Source: Candidatus Zixiibacteriota bacterium (GTDB taxonomy: Bacteria > RBG-13-66-14 > B26-G2 > WVWN01). Taken from it: a DNA stretch of 64,000 nucleotides. Below, in pieces: positions 19,696-30,095 of this stretch. The notes beneath the pieces were generated by a model that was not told where the DNA came from, did no database searches, and saw nothing but the letters and a program-made list of their open reading frames with translations. The stretch spans positions 186,025 through 250,024 of the forward strand of contig JASFLY010000002.1 in the NCBI GenBank assembly GCA_050117845.1, in the 5' to 3' direction. Position 1 is the stretch's first letter, and each line of letters begins with the position of its first letter. Position numbers and translations under genes: made by a program.

Positions 19696-20859
19696 ATGCG
19701 AATCGCGATATATATAGGTCAACTCGACGTGGGCGGAGCGGAAGGCCAGATAATAGTCCTGGCCGAAGGCCTCCTCGCCCGGGGCCACGACGTACGCCTT
19801 ATAACGGACGAGGGCCGGACGGCCGCCGTACCGGAAAAACTCAAGCCGTACCTGGTGACCGTTCCCGCCCGGCCGCGGCTGGCCCGCTTGCGCGCGCTGG
19901 TGCGCACCCTCCGGAGTTTCGACCCGGCCGTGCTGCACTGTCAACTCAGTTCCGCCAACCTCTGGGGAACCATCGCCGGCCGCCGGGCCCGCGTACCGGT
20001 CGTGGTGACGTCATTCCTTTCGACCGACCTCTGGAAGAAACGATACCACTTGTTGCTCGACCGGCTGGTAACCGCCTGCTCCGCCGGGGTGTTCGTGAAC
20101 TCGGCGGGCGTGGCGGAGCGTTACCGACGGGTTTTGGGGCGCTCCAATCGTAAGGTCCGTATTATCTACAACGGTGTCGATACGGCCCGATTCGACGCCA
20201 ACGCCAAGACGACGGAACACGGGGCGGCCCGCCGTCGGGAACTGGGTATCCCCGCGGACGCTCCGGTCATAATCAACGTAGCGAACCTCTTCGCCGTCAA
20301 GAACCAGCCGATGCTTCTCGGCGCCGTGGCCGCGTGCCACCGGGGCGTTCCCGAAAACCGGCGGCCTTACGTCCTCCTGGCGGGCGAGGGGCCGATGCGG
20401 CCCACTCTCGAGGAGGAGGCCGGCCGCCTCGGCATCACGCCGTTCGTTCGCTTCCTGGGACAGGTCCGGGACGTGGCTTCCTACCTCGCGGCAGCGGACA
20501 TCTTCGTTCTATCATCCCACTCGGAGGGTTTCTCGAACGCGCTGCTCGAGGCGATGGCCTCCTCGCTCGCGTGCGTCGCCACGGACGTGGGGGGAAACGC
20601 CGAGGCGCTGACCGAGGAAACGGGCATAATAGTGCCGCCGGGCGGCGAGGAAGCGCTCGCGGCCGCCCTGGCCAAACTGGTCGTCGACGGGTATCGGCGC
20701 CGGGAGATGGGCGCGGCGGCCCGCCGCCGGGCGGTCACGACGTTCGGCCTCGACCGCATGATAGACGCGACGGCCTGCTGGTACCTCGGCCGGCTGGTCT
20801 ACAGCCGCGGCGCCGAGGGCCTCCGGCGTTGGTACGGCGAGATCGTACCGGCGCAGTAA
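19696..20859 (+). CDS. Glycosyltransferase family 4 (GT-B)
   Basis: GGAE, IIYNGVD, DIFVLSSHSEGFSNALLEAMA, ATDVGG. Confidence 0.9.
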   Translation: MRIAIYIGQLDVGGAEGQIIVLAEGLLARGHDVRLITDEGRTAAVPEKLKPYLVTVPARPRLARLRALVRTLRSFDPAVLHCQLSSANLWGTIAGRRARVPVVVTSFLSTDLWKKRYHLLLDRLVTACSAGVFVNSAGVAERYRRVLGRSNRKVRIIYNGVDTARFDANAKTTEHGAARRRELGIPADAPVIINVANLFAVKNQPMLLGAVAACHRGVPENRRPYVLLAGEGPMRPTLEEEAGRLGITPFVRFLGQVRDVASYLAAADIFVLSSHSEGFSNALLEAMASSLACVATDVGGNAEALTEETGIIVPPGGEEALAAALAKLVVDGYRRREMGAAARRRAVTTFGLDRMIDATACWYLGRLVYSRGAEGLRRWYGEIVPAQ

Positions 20860-20884
20860 CGGCCCGGCCTTTGACGGCACGATA

Positions 20885-20909
20885 AAAAGCGGCCCCCCGG
20901 GGCCGCTTT
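20885..20909. terminator. GCGGCCCC/GGGGCCGC-type terminator hairpin
   Basis: AAAAGCGGCCCC-CC-GGGGCCGCTTT. Confidence 0.75.
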
Positions 20910-21105
20910 ATTTCACGCGTTATTCTTACCGGCTTAGTCGCCGCCGCCGTCTATCGCCCCGGCCTCCGGCGAACGCGCGCCGGCCCGGGAGGGAAGTCCG
21001 GCCTACGCCGCGGCGTTCCGACGAAAGGCCGTTGACAACGGGCGCGATTAATGTTACACCATCCTTGGTGAGTTTGGGTAATTCAACCGAAAGGGAGATG
21101 GCTTA

Positions 21106-21756
21106 ATGAAACGATTGGGGATCTTGATAGCCGCGGCGATCGCGGCGGCCTTGGTCACGACAAACTGCTCGGACGACGACAACCCGACGGGACCCGGGAA
21201 CGGCGGCGACGAAGCGAAAACCGGTTATACCTGTTTCATGCCCTTAAACGTAGGCAACAAGTGGACCTACAACAGGGTTTACCGGCATTCCGTCGGTACT
21301 TATAGGGAAGCAACCTTTGAATACGAGGTAGTCTCTACGCTTGAAGACTACCACGGTTACGACGCATATTTAATACAGGAAAAAGCATTAGGGCAGGTTG
21401 TTTACCGCGTTGCAGGCTGCGACGGCGACAAATGCTACCTTTACACGTGCCCGTGGTGGGAATACCTTATCGAGGACGACATGGAGTGGCAAAGCTTTTC
21501 CCAAACCGGGTTCTTTTCCCCCTACCGGCTAAAGTACAACAGCATCGAGAATATCTCGGTCCCAGCCGGGACTTTCAACGACTGCAAACAACTCAACACG
21601 GTATTTTACCCCACCAGCAGCACGAGCGAAACTCACACGGAATACTACGCCCGGGACGTGGGCCTGGTCAACGCCATATTATACTACGATAGCGGCGGAA
21701 CCTATTGGTATTCGTACGAGTATAAATTGACGAGTTACCACATCGTTTCCCCTTAG
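21106..21756 (+). CDS. Lipoprotein of unknown function (paralogous domain to 21959-22933)
   Basis: Lipobox TTNC; MPL.VGNKW.Y ... VPAG.F.DC ... YA..VGLV domain (DUF3108-like). Confidence 0.75.
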   Translation: MKRLGILIAAAIAAALVTTNCSDDDNPTGPGNGGDEAKTGYTCFMPLNVGNKWTYNRVYRHSVGTYREATFEYEVVSTLEDYHGYDAYLIQEKALGQVVYRVAGCDGDKCYLYTCPWWEYLIEDDMEWQSFSQTGFFSPYRLKYNSIENISVPAGTFNDCKQLNTVFYPTSSTSETHTEYYARDVGLVNAILYYDSGGTYWYSYEYKLTSYHIVSP

Positions 21757-21782
21757 TAGCAACCGGCATACTTACGATAAAG

Positions 21783-21805
21783 AGCGGCCCCGTGGGGCCG
21801 CTTTT
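21783..21805. terminator. Terminator hairpin
   Basis: AGCGGCCCC-GT-GGGGCCGCT followed by TTT. Confidence 0.75.
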
Positions 21806-21958
21806 CGCATCTATATCGGGGCCGACGTGTGCAAAACTCCTATCCTGAACTTTACTTTTCAAAGCATTGTAATACGATAACATTAAACCGAATTTGACAA
21901 CGTCGGAAAATTGTGCTAAATAATAGGAAACGACAGCTAAATTTACGAGGAGGATCAA

Positions 21959-22933
21959 GTGAAGAAAAGTATAGGCCGGCTCGCCCCGGTATTTATCGCG
22001 GCTATTTCGATGGCTCTCGTGAATTGCGGGGACGACGGAGGGGGAGGCGGCGCATCCGCGCCCAGCGAACCTACCAACCCGTACCCCGGCGCGAACGCGA
22101 CGAACGTTGCAACTAACACGGTACTCGCATGGGAATGCACGGACGCCGACGGCAGCGAACTGACGTTCGACGTTTACATGGGCACCGGGAGCGACCCCCC
22201 GCTCGTCGCCGAGAACATATCTCCCCCCTATTACGTGCCCGCCGACGACCTCAACACCGAAACGAAATACTACTGGAAGGTAGTGGCCAAGGACGGCTCC
22301 TACGCCACCGGCGGCCCCACGTGGAGTTTCGCCACGGCCGCGGGTAGCGGCGGCGGTGGCGGCGGCGGGGGAGGCGGCGAGGAACCCAAATCGGGCAACT
22401 CCAAATTAATGCCGCTCAGCGTGGGTAATAAATGGGTTTATAATTACGTCCGGCGGGACGAAGAAGGCATTCAAAACCAGGACGAATACGAAATCCTCGT
22501 CGTCGACAAGTTCGACAACTACCACGGCTACGAGGCTTATCTGGTAAAAACCAAATGGCTAAGCTATAATCCCTACGTTACATACGAAGTGTTCGCCTGC
22601 GACGGGGACAAATTCTACCGCTTCACGTCGCCGTGGTGGGAGTTCGTCATCGAGGACGACATGGAGTGGATGAGCTGGTCGCAAACCGGCCTCATGACGT
22701 CGTACAAGCTTCAATTCAACTTCGTAAAAAACGTAAACGTCCCGGCCGGGAATTTCAAAGACTGTAAGCAGCTTTCCCAGATAATTTATAGCGGCAATTA
22801 CTCGTACACTTACGAGGAGTGCTACGCGGAAGGCGTAGGCCTCGTTTATTATAAAAATCGGTCTGACTACAGCTCCACTAACTGGGACCAATCCATATAT
22901 AAATTAAAGAGCTACCATCTCGAATCCCCGTAG
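21959..22933 (+). CDS. Lipoprotein: Fn3/Ig-like domain, poly-Gly linker and the same C-terminal domain as 21106-21756
   Basis: Lipobox LVNC; P.NP.P...TKYYWKVVA...GPTWSFAT; shared YHGY.AYL, CDGDK, PWWE..IEDDMEW. Confidence 0.8.
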   Translation: MKKSIGRLAPVFIAAISMALVNCGDDGGGGGASAPSEPTNPYPGANATNVATNTVLAWECTDADGSELTFDVYMGTGSDPPLVAENISPPYYVPADDLNTETKYYWKVVAKDGSYATGGPTWSFATAAGSGGGGGGGGGGEEPKSGNSKLMPLSVGNKWVYNYVRRDEEGIQNQDEYEILVVDKFDNYHGYEAYLVKTKWLSYNPYVTYEVFACDGDKFYRFTSPWWEFVIEDDMEWMSWSQTGLMTSYKLQFNFVKNVNVPAGNFKDCKQLSQIIYSGNYSYTYEECYAEGVGLVYYKNRSDYSSTNWDQSIYKLKSYHLESP

Positions 22934-22953
22934 ACGGGGACTGAAACCCGACC

Positions 22954-23016
22954 AAAAAGCGGCCCCGCGGGGCCGCTTCTTTTTTATCTTTTACATAACC
23001 GGGCCGGCTAATCGTC
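22954..23016. repeat. 63-bp direct repeat, copy 1 (terminator plus last 9 nt of the gene)
   Basis: Identical to 24128-24190. Confidence 0.95.
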
Positions 23017-23988
23017 CCATTTGAAATATTGGACGTTGTTGTTTACGCTGTCGCCGACGTAGATATATCCGTTCGAGGTGACGTTGACGTCGTCCGGCCT
23101 TTCGAATTCGCCGTTCCCGGAACCGGACGTTCCCCATTTCCCGAGGTAACTACCGGCGGCCGAAAAATAGTGAACGCAATCGTTCCCGGAATCGGTCACG
23201 TAAACTCGGTCATCCGGCGCTACAAATACACCCAAAGGGCACCCGAACTCGCCGTCGCCGTCGCCCTTCGAACCCCACTCGCCGATAAAACTACCGTTCC
23301 TGGTGAAATATTGCACGCGGTAGTTATACGTATCCGCCACGTAAACGTCGCCGTTGGGCGCGCAAGCTATCCCGTACGGAAGATCGAACTCGCCGTTACC
23401 GCCCCCTTCTTTACCCCATGAGCCCAACACGGAACCGCCGTCCGGCGGGAAGTATTGGATACGGAAATTATAAGTATCTAAAACGTAAACGTTGCCATCG
23501 GCGCCGACGGCGACACCTTCGGGGCTCGCAAACTCCCCCGGACCGCTGCCGGAAGAACCCCACATGCCTCTATAATTGCCGTTTAGGTCGAAGTATTGGA
23601 TGCGGCGGTTACCGGAGTCCACCGCGTATATGGTACCCTTCGAGTTGACGGCGATATCGGTAATGCCGCGGAATTCGCCCGCGTTCCCACCTTCGGTACC
23701 CCATTTACCCAAAAAAGAACCTGTACTTGTGAAGTACTGTATCCTATCGTTACCGGAGTCCGCGACGTAAACGTTACCGTTCGGGGCCACGGCTACCCCC
23801 GCCGGGCCGAGGAACTGGCCGTTGCCGGAACCCTTCGTACCCCATTGGCCGAGGTACGTAGGTCCATCCGGCGGCGGGGTGGGCTCGGGGCCGGTGCCGC
23901 CGTCGTCGCCGCCGCAACTCAACGCCACCATGACGAGGCCTATGGTAAAAAGCGCGATTTGTAAACGATTATTACTTAATAAAGCCAT
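23008..23988 (-). CDS. NHL-repeat (6-bladed beta-propeller) lipoprotein
   Basis: Lipobox ALSC; six WG..GSG.GEF..P.GVAV...G.VYV.D..N.RIQYF repeats. Confidence 0.9.
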   Translation of the reverse strand: MALLSNNRLQIALFTIGLVMVALSCGGDDGGTGPEPTPPPDGPTYLGQWGTKGSGNGQFLGPAGVAVAPNGNVYVADSGNDRIQYFTSTGSFLGKWGTEGGNAGEFRGITDIAVNSKGTIYAVDSGNRRIQYFDLNGNYRGMWGSSGSGPGEFASPEGVAVGADGNVYVLDTYNFRIQYFPPDGGSVLGSWGKEGGGNGEFDLPYGIACAPNGDVYVADTYNYRVQYFTRNGSFIGEWGSKGDGDGEFGCPLGVFVAPDDRVYVTDSGNDCVHYFSAAGSYLGKWGTSGSGNGEFERPDDVNVTSNGYIYVGDSVNNNVQYFKWDD

Positions 23989-24127
23989 TTTGCCCTCCTA
24001 GCGTTCTAGGTTGGATTCCAATACCACCAAATTATATTAATAACAAGAAAAAAAGTAAACCGTAAATAAAACGTCTTAGGGTGTCGGCGTTACGCCGTCT
24101 TAATGCACGGGCCTTACCTTGAACGTT

Positions 24128-24190
24128 AAAAAGCGGCCCCGCGGGGCCGCTTCTTTTTTATCTTTTACATAACCGGGCCGGCTAATCGTC
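24128..24190. repeat. 63-bp direct repeat, copy 2 (gyrA 3' end and terminator)
   Basis: Identical to 22954-23016. Confidence 0.95.
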
Positions 24191-26626
24191 GCCGTTTTCG
24201 ATTACCACCGCCATCGCGGCGACGCGGTCTCCCTCGCTTATCTTCATTACCTTGACGCCCTGCGTCGCCCGGCCCTGGGCCGAGATGCCGCCCACGCTCA
24301 CACGGTTAATAACGCCTTTCTCGGTTATGAGCACGAGGTCCTCGTCCCCGGCGACGGCCTTCGCGCCGACGACCGGGCCGGTCTTATCGCCGGCCTTCAG
24401 CGTTATGACGCCGCCGCCGCCCCGGTGCATCTTGCGGTACTGCTTCGCGGGGGTCCGTTTGCCGAAGCCCTTCTCGCTAACGACCAGGACCTCCTCCTTG
24501 GCCGACGGGACGAGCATGGCCACGACGCCGTCGCCCGCGCCCAGCTTCATGCCGCGCACGCCGGCGGCCGCCCGGCCCTGCGCCCGGACTTCCTTCGCCG
24601 GGAAGCGTATGGCCTTGCCCCGCGACGACACCATAACGACGTCGGCGCGAGGCCGCTCCAGCTGAACGCCGACCAGTTCGTCGCCGTCCGCGAGCCGCAG
24701 CGCGATGATGCCGCCGCGCTTGGGACGGGAGTAGGCCTCGAGCGAAGTCCTCTTGATTTGGCCGCCGCGCGTCGCGAAGAGCAGGTGGCCCCCCGCGGCG
24801 AGGTCGTCGACCGGAACGATGGCGCTTATCTGCTCCCTGGCCGCGAGTTCCAGCAGGTTGCGGACGCCCCGGCCCCGGCCCGCCCGGCCCACCTCCGGCA
24901 CGTTGTACACCTTGAGCCAGTAGCACTTGCCCCTGTCCGTGAAGAACAGGAGGTACGCGTGCGTCGAGGCGATGAAGAGATGCTCGACGAAGTCCTCGCC
25001 CTTGCCGGCGGCGTGGCCCAGAACGCCCCGCGTCCCGCGGCTCTGGCGCCGGTAGGTGGTGAGCGGCGTGCGCTTGATGTACCCGTCGTGGGTGAGCGTC
25101 ACCGCCATGTCCTCCTCGGCGATGAGGTCCTCCACCGAGAAGTCCTCGCCCTCGGCCGGGATGATCTCGGTCCGCCGGGGGTCCCCGAATTTCTCGGCGA
25201 GTTCGGTTATCTCGGTTTTGACGACGCCGTAGACCTTTTTCTCGTCGGCCAGGATGGCCTTGAGTTCCTTTATAAGTTTCTTGACCGCGGCGAGTTCGTC
25301 CAGGACCTTCTGCCGCTCCATCGCCGTCAACCGGGCGAGGCGCATGTCCAGAATCGCCTGGGCCTGAAGCTCGGACAGCTTGAAGGTCTTCATCAAGCCG
25401 GCGCGGGCTTTTTCCACGTCCTTGGATTTCCGGATAAGTGCGATTATCTCGTCGAGGTGGTCGAGGGCGATTTTGAAACCGGCCAGGATGTGGGCGCGCT
25501 TCTGCGCGGCCTCGAGGTCGAACGCCGTCCGCCGCAGGACCACCTCGCGGCGATGCTCGATGTAGCAAGTGAGCATATCCTTGAGCGTCAGCGTCCGCGG
25601 CTGGCCGTCCACCAGCGCGATGGCGATGACGCCGAAGGTTATCTGGCACTGCGTGTGCTTGTATAGCTGGTTCAGGATAACCTGGCCGTTGGCGCCGCGC
25701 CGGAGGTCGAGGACGACCCTCATGCCCTCCCGGTCGGACTCGTCGCGGATGTCGCCGATGCCGTCAATCTTCTTCTCTTTGACCAGGTTCGCTATCTGCT
25801 CCAGCAGGCGGGATTTGTTGACCTGGAACGGGATTTCGCTGATTATGATGCGCTCGCGGTCGCCCTGCCCCTCCTCGACCATCGCCCGGGCGCGAACTAC
25901 CAGCCGGCCCCGGCCGGTGCGGTAGGCGTCGTCGATGCCGGCGCGGCCCACGATAAGGCCGCCGGTGGGGAAGTCCGGCCCCGGCAGCATCGCCGCCACC
26001 TTATCGGCGGACAGGTCGGGTTTGTCGATAAGGGCGACGATGACGCGGGTGACCTCGGCCAGGTTGTGCGGCGGGATCTTGGTGGCCATCCCGACCGCGA
26101 TGCCGTCGGTGCCGTTGACGATGAGGTTGGGCAAAAGGGACGGCAGGACCAGCGGTTCCTTTAGGGTCTCGTCGAAATTGGGGACGAAGTCCACCGTGTC
26201 CTTGTCGATGTCGGCGAGCATGGACTCCGCCGGCGCGGTGAGGCGGGCCTCGGTGTATCGCATGGCCGCGGCGGTGTCGCCGTCCACCGAACCGAAGTTC
26301 CCCTGGCCGTCGACCAGCGGGTAGCGCATCGTGAAGTCCTGCGCCAAACGGACCAGCGTGTCGTAGATGGCGGCGTCGCCGTGGGGGTGGTACTTACCCA
26401 TGACGTCGCCGACGATACGGGCCGACTTGCGGAAGGCCTTCCCGGCCCCCACGCCCAACTCCCGCATCCCGTAGATGATGCGGCGGTGGACGGGCTTCAG
26501 GCCGTCGCGGACGTCGGGCAGGGCCCGGCCCACGATGACCGACATGGAATAACTGAGGTACGACGACCGCATCTCGTCGGCGATCGCGACCTTCTTCGTT
26601 TTCTCGAACATCAATGAATTAGCCAT
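24182..26626 (-). CDS. gyrA: DNA gyrase subunit A
   Basis: [34 protein letters not shown] (catalytic Tyr), GyrA-box-like QSRGTRG, beta-pinwheel CTD. Confidence 0.95.
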   Translation of the reverse strand: MANSLMFEKTKKVAIADEMRSSYLSYSMSVIVGRALPDVRDGLKPVHRRIIYGMRELGVGAGKAFRKSARIVGDVMGKYHPHGDAAIYDTLVRLAQDFTMRYPLVDGQGNFGSVDGDTAAAMRYTEARLTAPAESMLADIDKDTVDFVPNFDETLKEPLVLPSLLPNLIVNGTDGIAVGMATKIPPHNLAEVTRVIVALIDKPDLSADKVAAMLPGPDFPTGGLIVGRAGIDDAYRTGRGRLVVRARAMVEEGQGDRERIIISEIPFQVNKSRLLEQIANLVKEKKIDGIGDIRDESDREGMRVVLDLRRGANGQVILNQLYKHTQCQITFGVIAIALVDGQPRTLTLKDMLTCYIEHRREVVLRRTAFDLEAAQKRAHILAGFKIALDHLDEIIALIRKSKDVEKARAGLMKTFKLSELQAQAILDMRLARLTAMERQKVLDELAAVKKLIKELKAILADEKKVYGVVKTEITELAEKFGDPRRTEIIPAEGEDFSVEDLIAEEDMAVTLTHDGYIKRTPLTTYRRQSRGTRGVLGHAAGKGEDFVEHLFIASTHAYLLFFTDRGKCYWLKVYNVPEVGRAGRGRGVRNLLELAAREQISAIVPVDDLAAGGHLLFATRGGQIKRTSLEAYSRPKRGGIIALRLADGDELVGVQLERPRADVVMVSSRGKAIRFPAKEVRAQGRAAAGVRGMKLGAGDGVVAMLVPSAKEEVLVVSEKGFGKRTPAKQYRKMHRGGGGVITLKAGDKTGPVVGAKAVAGDEDLVLITEKGVINRVSVGGISAQGRATQGVKVMKISEGDRVAAMAVVIENGDD

Positions 26627-26667
26627 GGCCCAACAAGAACCTCAACTTCACTTCCGCCGGCCGGCGC

Positions 26668-27618
26668 TTATCCGCCGCGCCGGTCGAACTCCACGACGGA
26701 CCCGACCTTCGTCTTGCCGTATTTCTTGACCTCGGTCGCCACGTCCACCATCTGAACATACGACGCGTATTGCCCCTGGTCGTTCGGCACGACGGCGATG
26801 GTCACGTCTATCTCGCACGGATATTTCTGCGACTGGCCCTGGCGGTCGATGGTCTCGAAGTAACCGCGGGCCACGTCCTCCGGAGCGAAGAGCGATTTCA
26901 CCCGGTTCCCGAATTCCGCGATAATGGTCTCGGATATTTCCTGAGCGTCGGTGACCGAAGTTATAGCGGTAAAGTCGTCCCCGCCGATGTGGCCCACGAA
27001 ATCCTCCGGCGAGCCGTGCCGCCCCACCGCCTCGACCATCACTTCCGCCATAAGCTTGATGACTTCGTCGCCCCGCGCGTAACCGTAATAGTCGTTGAAC
27101 CCCTTGAATCCGTCCAGGTCGATATAAAGCATGGCGAAGGGCCGGACTTCCGCCAGGAGCTGTTCCACACGCTGTTGGAACGCTATCTGGCCGGGGAGGC
27201 CCGTAAGCGGGTTCCGTTCCCGCTGGGACTTCGTCCGGGACAGGACCATCTTCACCCGGGCCTCGAGCTCCTCGCGGCTGAAGGGCTTCGTGATGTAGTC
27301 GTCGGCGCCCGCCTCCATCCCCCGCACCTTGTCCTTAACTTCCTTGCGGGCGGTCAACATTATTATCGGGATGCGGCTGGTCCAGAAGCCCTTCTTGAGC
27401 CGGCGGCACACCTCGATGCCGTCGAGCTTGGGTATCATCAGGTCGAGCAGAATCAGGTCCGGGGAGTACTCCTCCGCCATGGCGAGCGCGGTTTCGCCGT
27501 CGTTGGCCTGGAGCACTTCGTAACCCCAGTTCTCGAGGTTGAAGTTTATAATCTCCCGGATGTTCGGTTCGTCCTCCACCACGAGGACCCGATCCCGGGA
27601 AGCGTCCGGTTCCGGCAT
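26668..27618 (-). CDS. Response regulator with GGDEF-type (GGDDF) output domain
   Basis: REC: VVEDE, LLDLMIP, MLTA, YITKPF; then NPLTGLP, DLDGFKGFNDYYG..GD, HIGGDDF. Confidence 0.9.
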   Translation of the reverse strand: MPEPDASRDRVLVVEDEPNIREIINFNLENWGYEVLQANDGETALAMAEEYSPDLILLDLMIPKLDGIEVCRRLKKGFWTSRIPIIMLTARKEVKDKVRGMEAGADDYITKPFSREELEARVKMVLSRTKSQRERNPLTGLPGQIAFQQRVEQLLAEVRPFAMLYIDLDGFKGFNDYYGYARGDEVIKLMAEVMVEAVGRHGSPEDFVGHIGGDDFTAITSVTDAQEISETIIAEFGNRVKSLFAPEDVARGYFETIDRQGQSQKYPCEIDVTIAVVPNDQGQYASYVQMVDVATEVKKYGKTKVGSVVEFDRRGG

Positions 27619-27697
27619 GCCCTGTTCCCTGCATTAAGGCCCCGGCCGGCCCGCGAGCGGGCCGGGGCGAAACGACGAACCGCCAGGCCGAAAGGGC

Positions 27698-28414
27698 TTA
27701 GCGGATTACGAACTTGTCGGAGGTCGTATCGGTTTCGCCGGAGAGGTTGAGCGTTACCGGCGCGTTCTCCTTAACCGATAATTTCTTGGAATAAATTACG
27801 CTCCCCTTGACGACGTTGTCCGTCGGCACGGAGTGGCCGGACCAGCACACCAGCGACAGCGTATGCTCGCCCGTCGGAATCTTCACCGAGAAGGAGCCGG
27901 GTTCCAGAATGCGTTTGGTCGTCCGCACGCCCGTCTCCGGCGTCGTGAACGACATTATCCGGGTCCACTGGTCGTAGTAGTAAATCTTCTCGCCGTCGAG
28001 GAAGGCGCCGTAAAAGACGTTCAGGTCCGCCTGGGACGATACGGTGTATTTACCCTCGACGTTGACCGTAAGGTCGACGAACTTCTGTGGCGGCGGCGTC
28101 TCGCCGTTGCCGTTCGTCGTGCGGCCCGTGGTATTCGCGCCGCCGGTCGTGGTCGTCGTCGAACCCGGCTTCCGTAAGATCATGTATTGGACGAGGCTGT
28201 CCGAAGCCCCGGCCTCTTTCAGGTCGATGAGGTCGTCGGTCGAGAGGTTGAAATAGGACTCCGTCGCCTCTATTTGGGCGATTATAACAGTATCGCTGGT
28301 GTTCTTTTTTACCAGCTTTACGACTTCTTCGACGTCCATCGGCTGGGCCAACGAGGCCGCCGGGATGATTACCGCAATGGCCGCTAAAATAAGGATGTAT
28401 AGCTTTCGGCTCAT
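27698..28414 (-). CDS. Secreted hypothetical protein
   Basis: Signal peptide (ASLA); helical domain 'STDDLIDLKEAGASD'; Thr-rich linker. Confidence 0.7.
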   Translation of the reverse strand: MSRKLYILILAAIAVIIPAASLAQPMDVEEVVKLVKKNTSDTVIIAQIEATESYFNLSTDDLIDLKEAGASDSLVQYMILRKPGSTTTTTGGANTTGRTTNGNGETPPPQKFVDLTVNVEGKYTVSSQADLNVFYGAFLDGEKIYYYDQWTRIMSFTTPETGVRTTKRILEPGSFSVKIPTGEHTLSLVCWSGHSVPTDNVVKGSVIYSKKLSVKENAPVTLNLSGETDTTSDKFVIR

Positions 28415-28562
28415 GGCACCTACCCCTGTTTTTCTTAAGGTCCGAGGGAAGATTATCGGTCAAAAATATCACATAAACAGCCCGAAGTCAATTTATCTTA
28501 ACACGGCCGCCGCGCCTCGATTGACAGCGCCGGGGCGCTATGATACCTTTCGACGAACCGTT

Positions 28563-30095
28563 ATGAGTATTCGCCCGGGAGATATAGGCCGGTGGGCCGT
28601 GGCGGGGGTTTTGCCCGTCGCGGGAGGCGTATTGGCCGACTATCGGGAACTGGTGTGGGGCGCCGCGGCGCTCGTGGCGCTGGCGGCGATTCCGTCGCTT
28701 CGGCGTTACGCCCCGGCCGCGGGAGCGGCCTTCGGCCTGCTGGTCCTCGCCCGTTTCGCCGGCGTCACGGCGGCCCCGCCCGGAATGGGCGCCGTCGTCC
28801 TGGGCCTCGCGGCCATCGTCGCGCTGGCGTTCTTCCTTTCGCTGGCCCGCCGGGGCGGCCGGGAGGACGCTCCCCGGCCCGCGACCTGGGCCGCGGCGGG
28901 TTCGGGCCTGGCGGCCGTGGTGGCCGCCGCCGCCGTGGTCCTCTTCGCGGGGCTGCCGACGCTGAACGTGGTACTGGTCCCGGTGGGGGTATTCGTCGCC
29001 CTCGGCGCCGTCGCCTTCGGCGGCCGGGTCCCGCGCGTCGCCTTCGCGGCCCTGGCGCTGGGCCTGGGGCTGGGCGCGGCCAAGGGCGGCGCCGCCTTCG
29101 CGCTGGTCCGGGCGGCCGAGAGCGCTCTCCTTCGGGGGGACGCCGGCGCCGCGGCCGAGTATTCCCACTGGGCGAGTACGTTGGGCGGCGGGGGCCGGGC
29201 CGACCTCGTACGCCTGGGCGCCGCCGCGGCCGCCGGGGCCCCGTGGGATGAACTGGGGGCCATGGCCGGCAGCCGCGGACGGACGGAGTCGCCCCGGCCC
29301 TTCGACGCCGCGCTCGCCGTCGCGGCCTTCGAACGCGGCGATTACGAGAACGCCGCCCGCCACGCCGACCTCGCGACCGCCGAGGCGCCGACCTCGCCCG
29401 TCCGGGACGAGCCGGTTAATAAGGACTACCTATACGAAGTCCTGGCCGGACGCGCGGCCGACCCGTACGGCCGGGGCCGGGCGGCCCTCTGGGCGGGCCG
29501 CTACGGCGAGGCGGCCGCCTCCTTCGCCGAGGCCGGCGCGCCGCTCGACCAGGCGTTCGCGCTCGAGCGCGCGGGCGACGACGAGGGCGCCGTGGCCATT
29601 TACCGCGCCTTGTGGCAGGCCGACCGCGACGACTTCCGGGCCGCGTTCGGCGTCCTCCGGACCAGCGGCGACCGGAAGGTCCGCGGCCGAATATGGCGGC
29701 GCCTGGGGAAACGTTACCCCGATTATTTCGTCGGGAGTAACCTCGAGGCCGAGGATGGATTCCCGCTGACCAAACACCGCCTCAGCCTGGGCCGCACGGC
29801 GGCAACGATAACCGTCGAGGCGGAGGGCCGGAGGGCCGTGGCGGTCATCGCGGAGGCCTACGACGCCCTGGGCCTGTACCCCCTCGTGACGCTGACGGTC
29901 GACGGCGACGCGGTCCGCACGTTTTATATGAACACGCCGGGCGAGGACATCTACGAGGCCGTGGTCGAACTGCCGCCCGGGGAGAGCGAACTGGGCGTTC
30001 TGTTCGAAAACGACTACGCCGACCCGGCCACCGGCCTGGACCGTAACGTTTTTCTGCGCGAGATACGTATAGGTAATGAACATAACCAGCGATAA
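28563..30095 (+). CDS. Membrane protein with TPR-like region and C-terminal carbohydrate-binding-module-like domain
   Basis: Multiple N-terminal TM helices; C-terminal FENDYAD..GLDRNVFL resembles Ca-dependent CBM60-type modules; TTGACA-17-TACCTT promoter at 28521. Confidence 0.55.
   Translation: MSIRPGDIGRWAVAGVLPVAGGVLADYRELVWGAAALVALAAIPSLRRYAPAAGAAFGLLVLARFAGVTAAPPGMGAVVLGLAAIVALAFFLSLARRGGREDAPRPATWAAAGSGLAAVVAAAAVVLFAGLPTLNVVLVPVGVFVALGAVAFGGRVPRVAFAALALGLGLGAAKGGAAFALVRAAESALLRGDAGAAAEYSHWASTLGGGGRADLVRLGAAAAAGAPWDELGAMAGSRGRTESPRPFDAALAVAAFERGDYENAARHADLATAEAPTSPVRDEPVNKDYLYEVLAGRAADPYGRGRAALWAGRYGEAAASFAEAGAPLDQAFALERAGDDEGAVAIYRALWQADRDDFRAAFGVLRTSGDRKVRGRIWRRLGKRYPDYFVGSNLEAEDGFPLTKHRLSLGRTAATITVEAEGRRAVAVIAEAYDALGLYPLVTLTVDGDAVRTFYMNTPGEDIYEAVVELPPGESELGVLFENDYADPATGLDRNVFLREIRIGNEHNQR

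Noticed and set aside
20910..21030. Older degenerate copy of the gyrA 3' end (minus strand ...IDGGGD* before a similar hairpin)
   Set aside because: Similarity is limited to a few bases and cannot be supported by eye
22347..22380. GGC tract as a phase-variable repeat
   Set aside because: An in-frame poly-Gly linker with mixed codons, not a frameshifting tract
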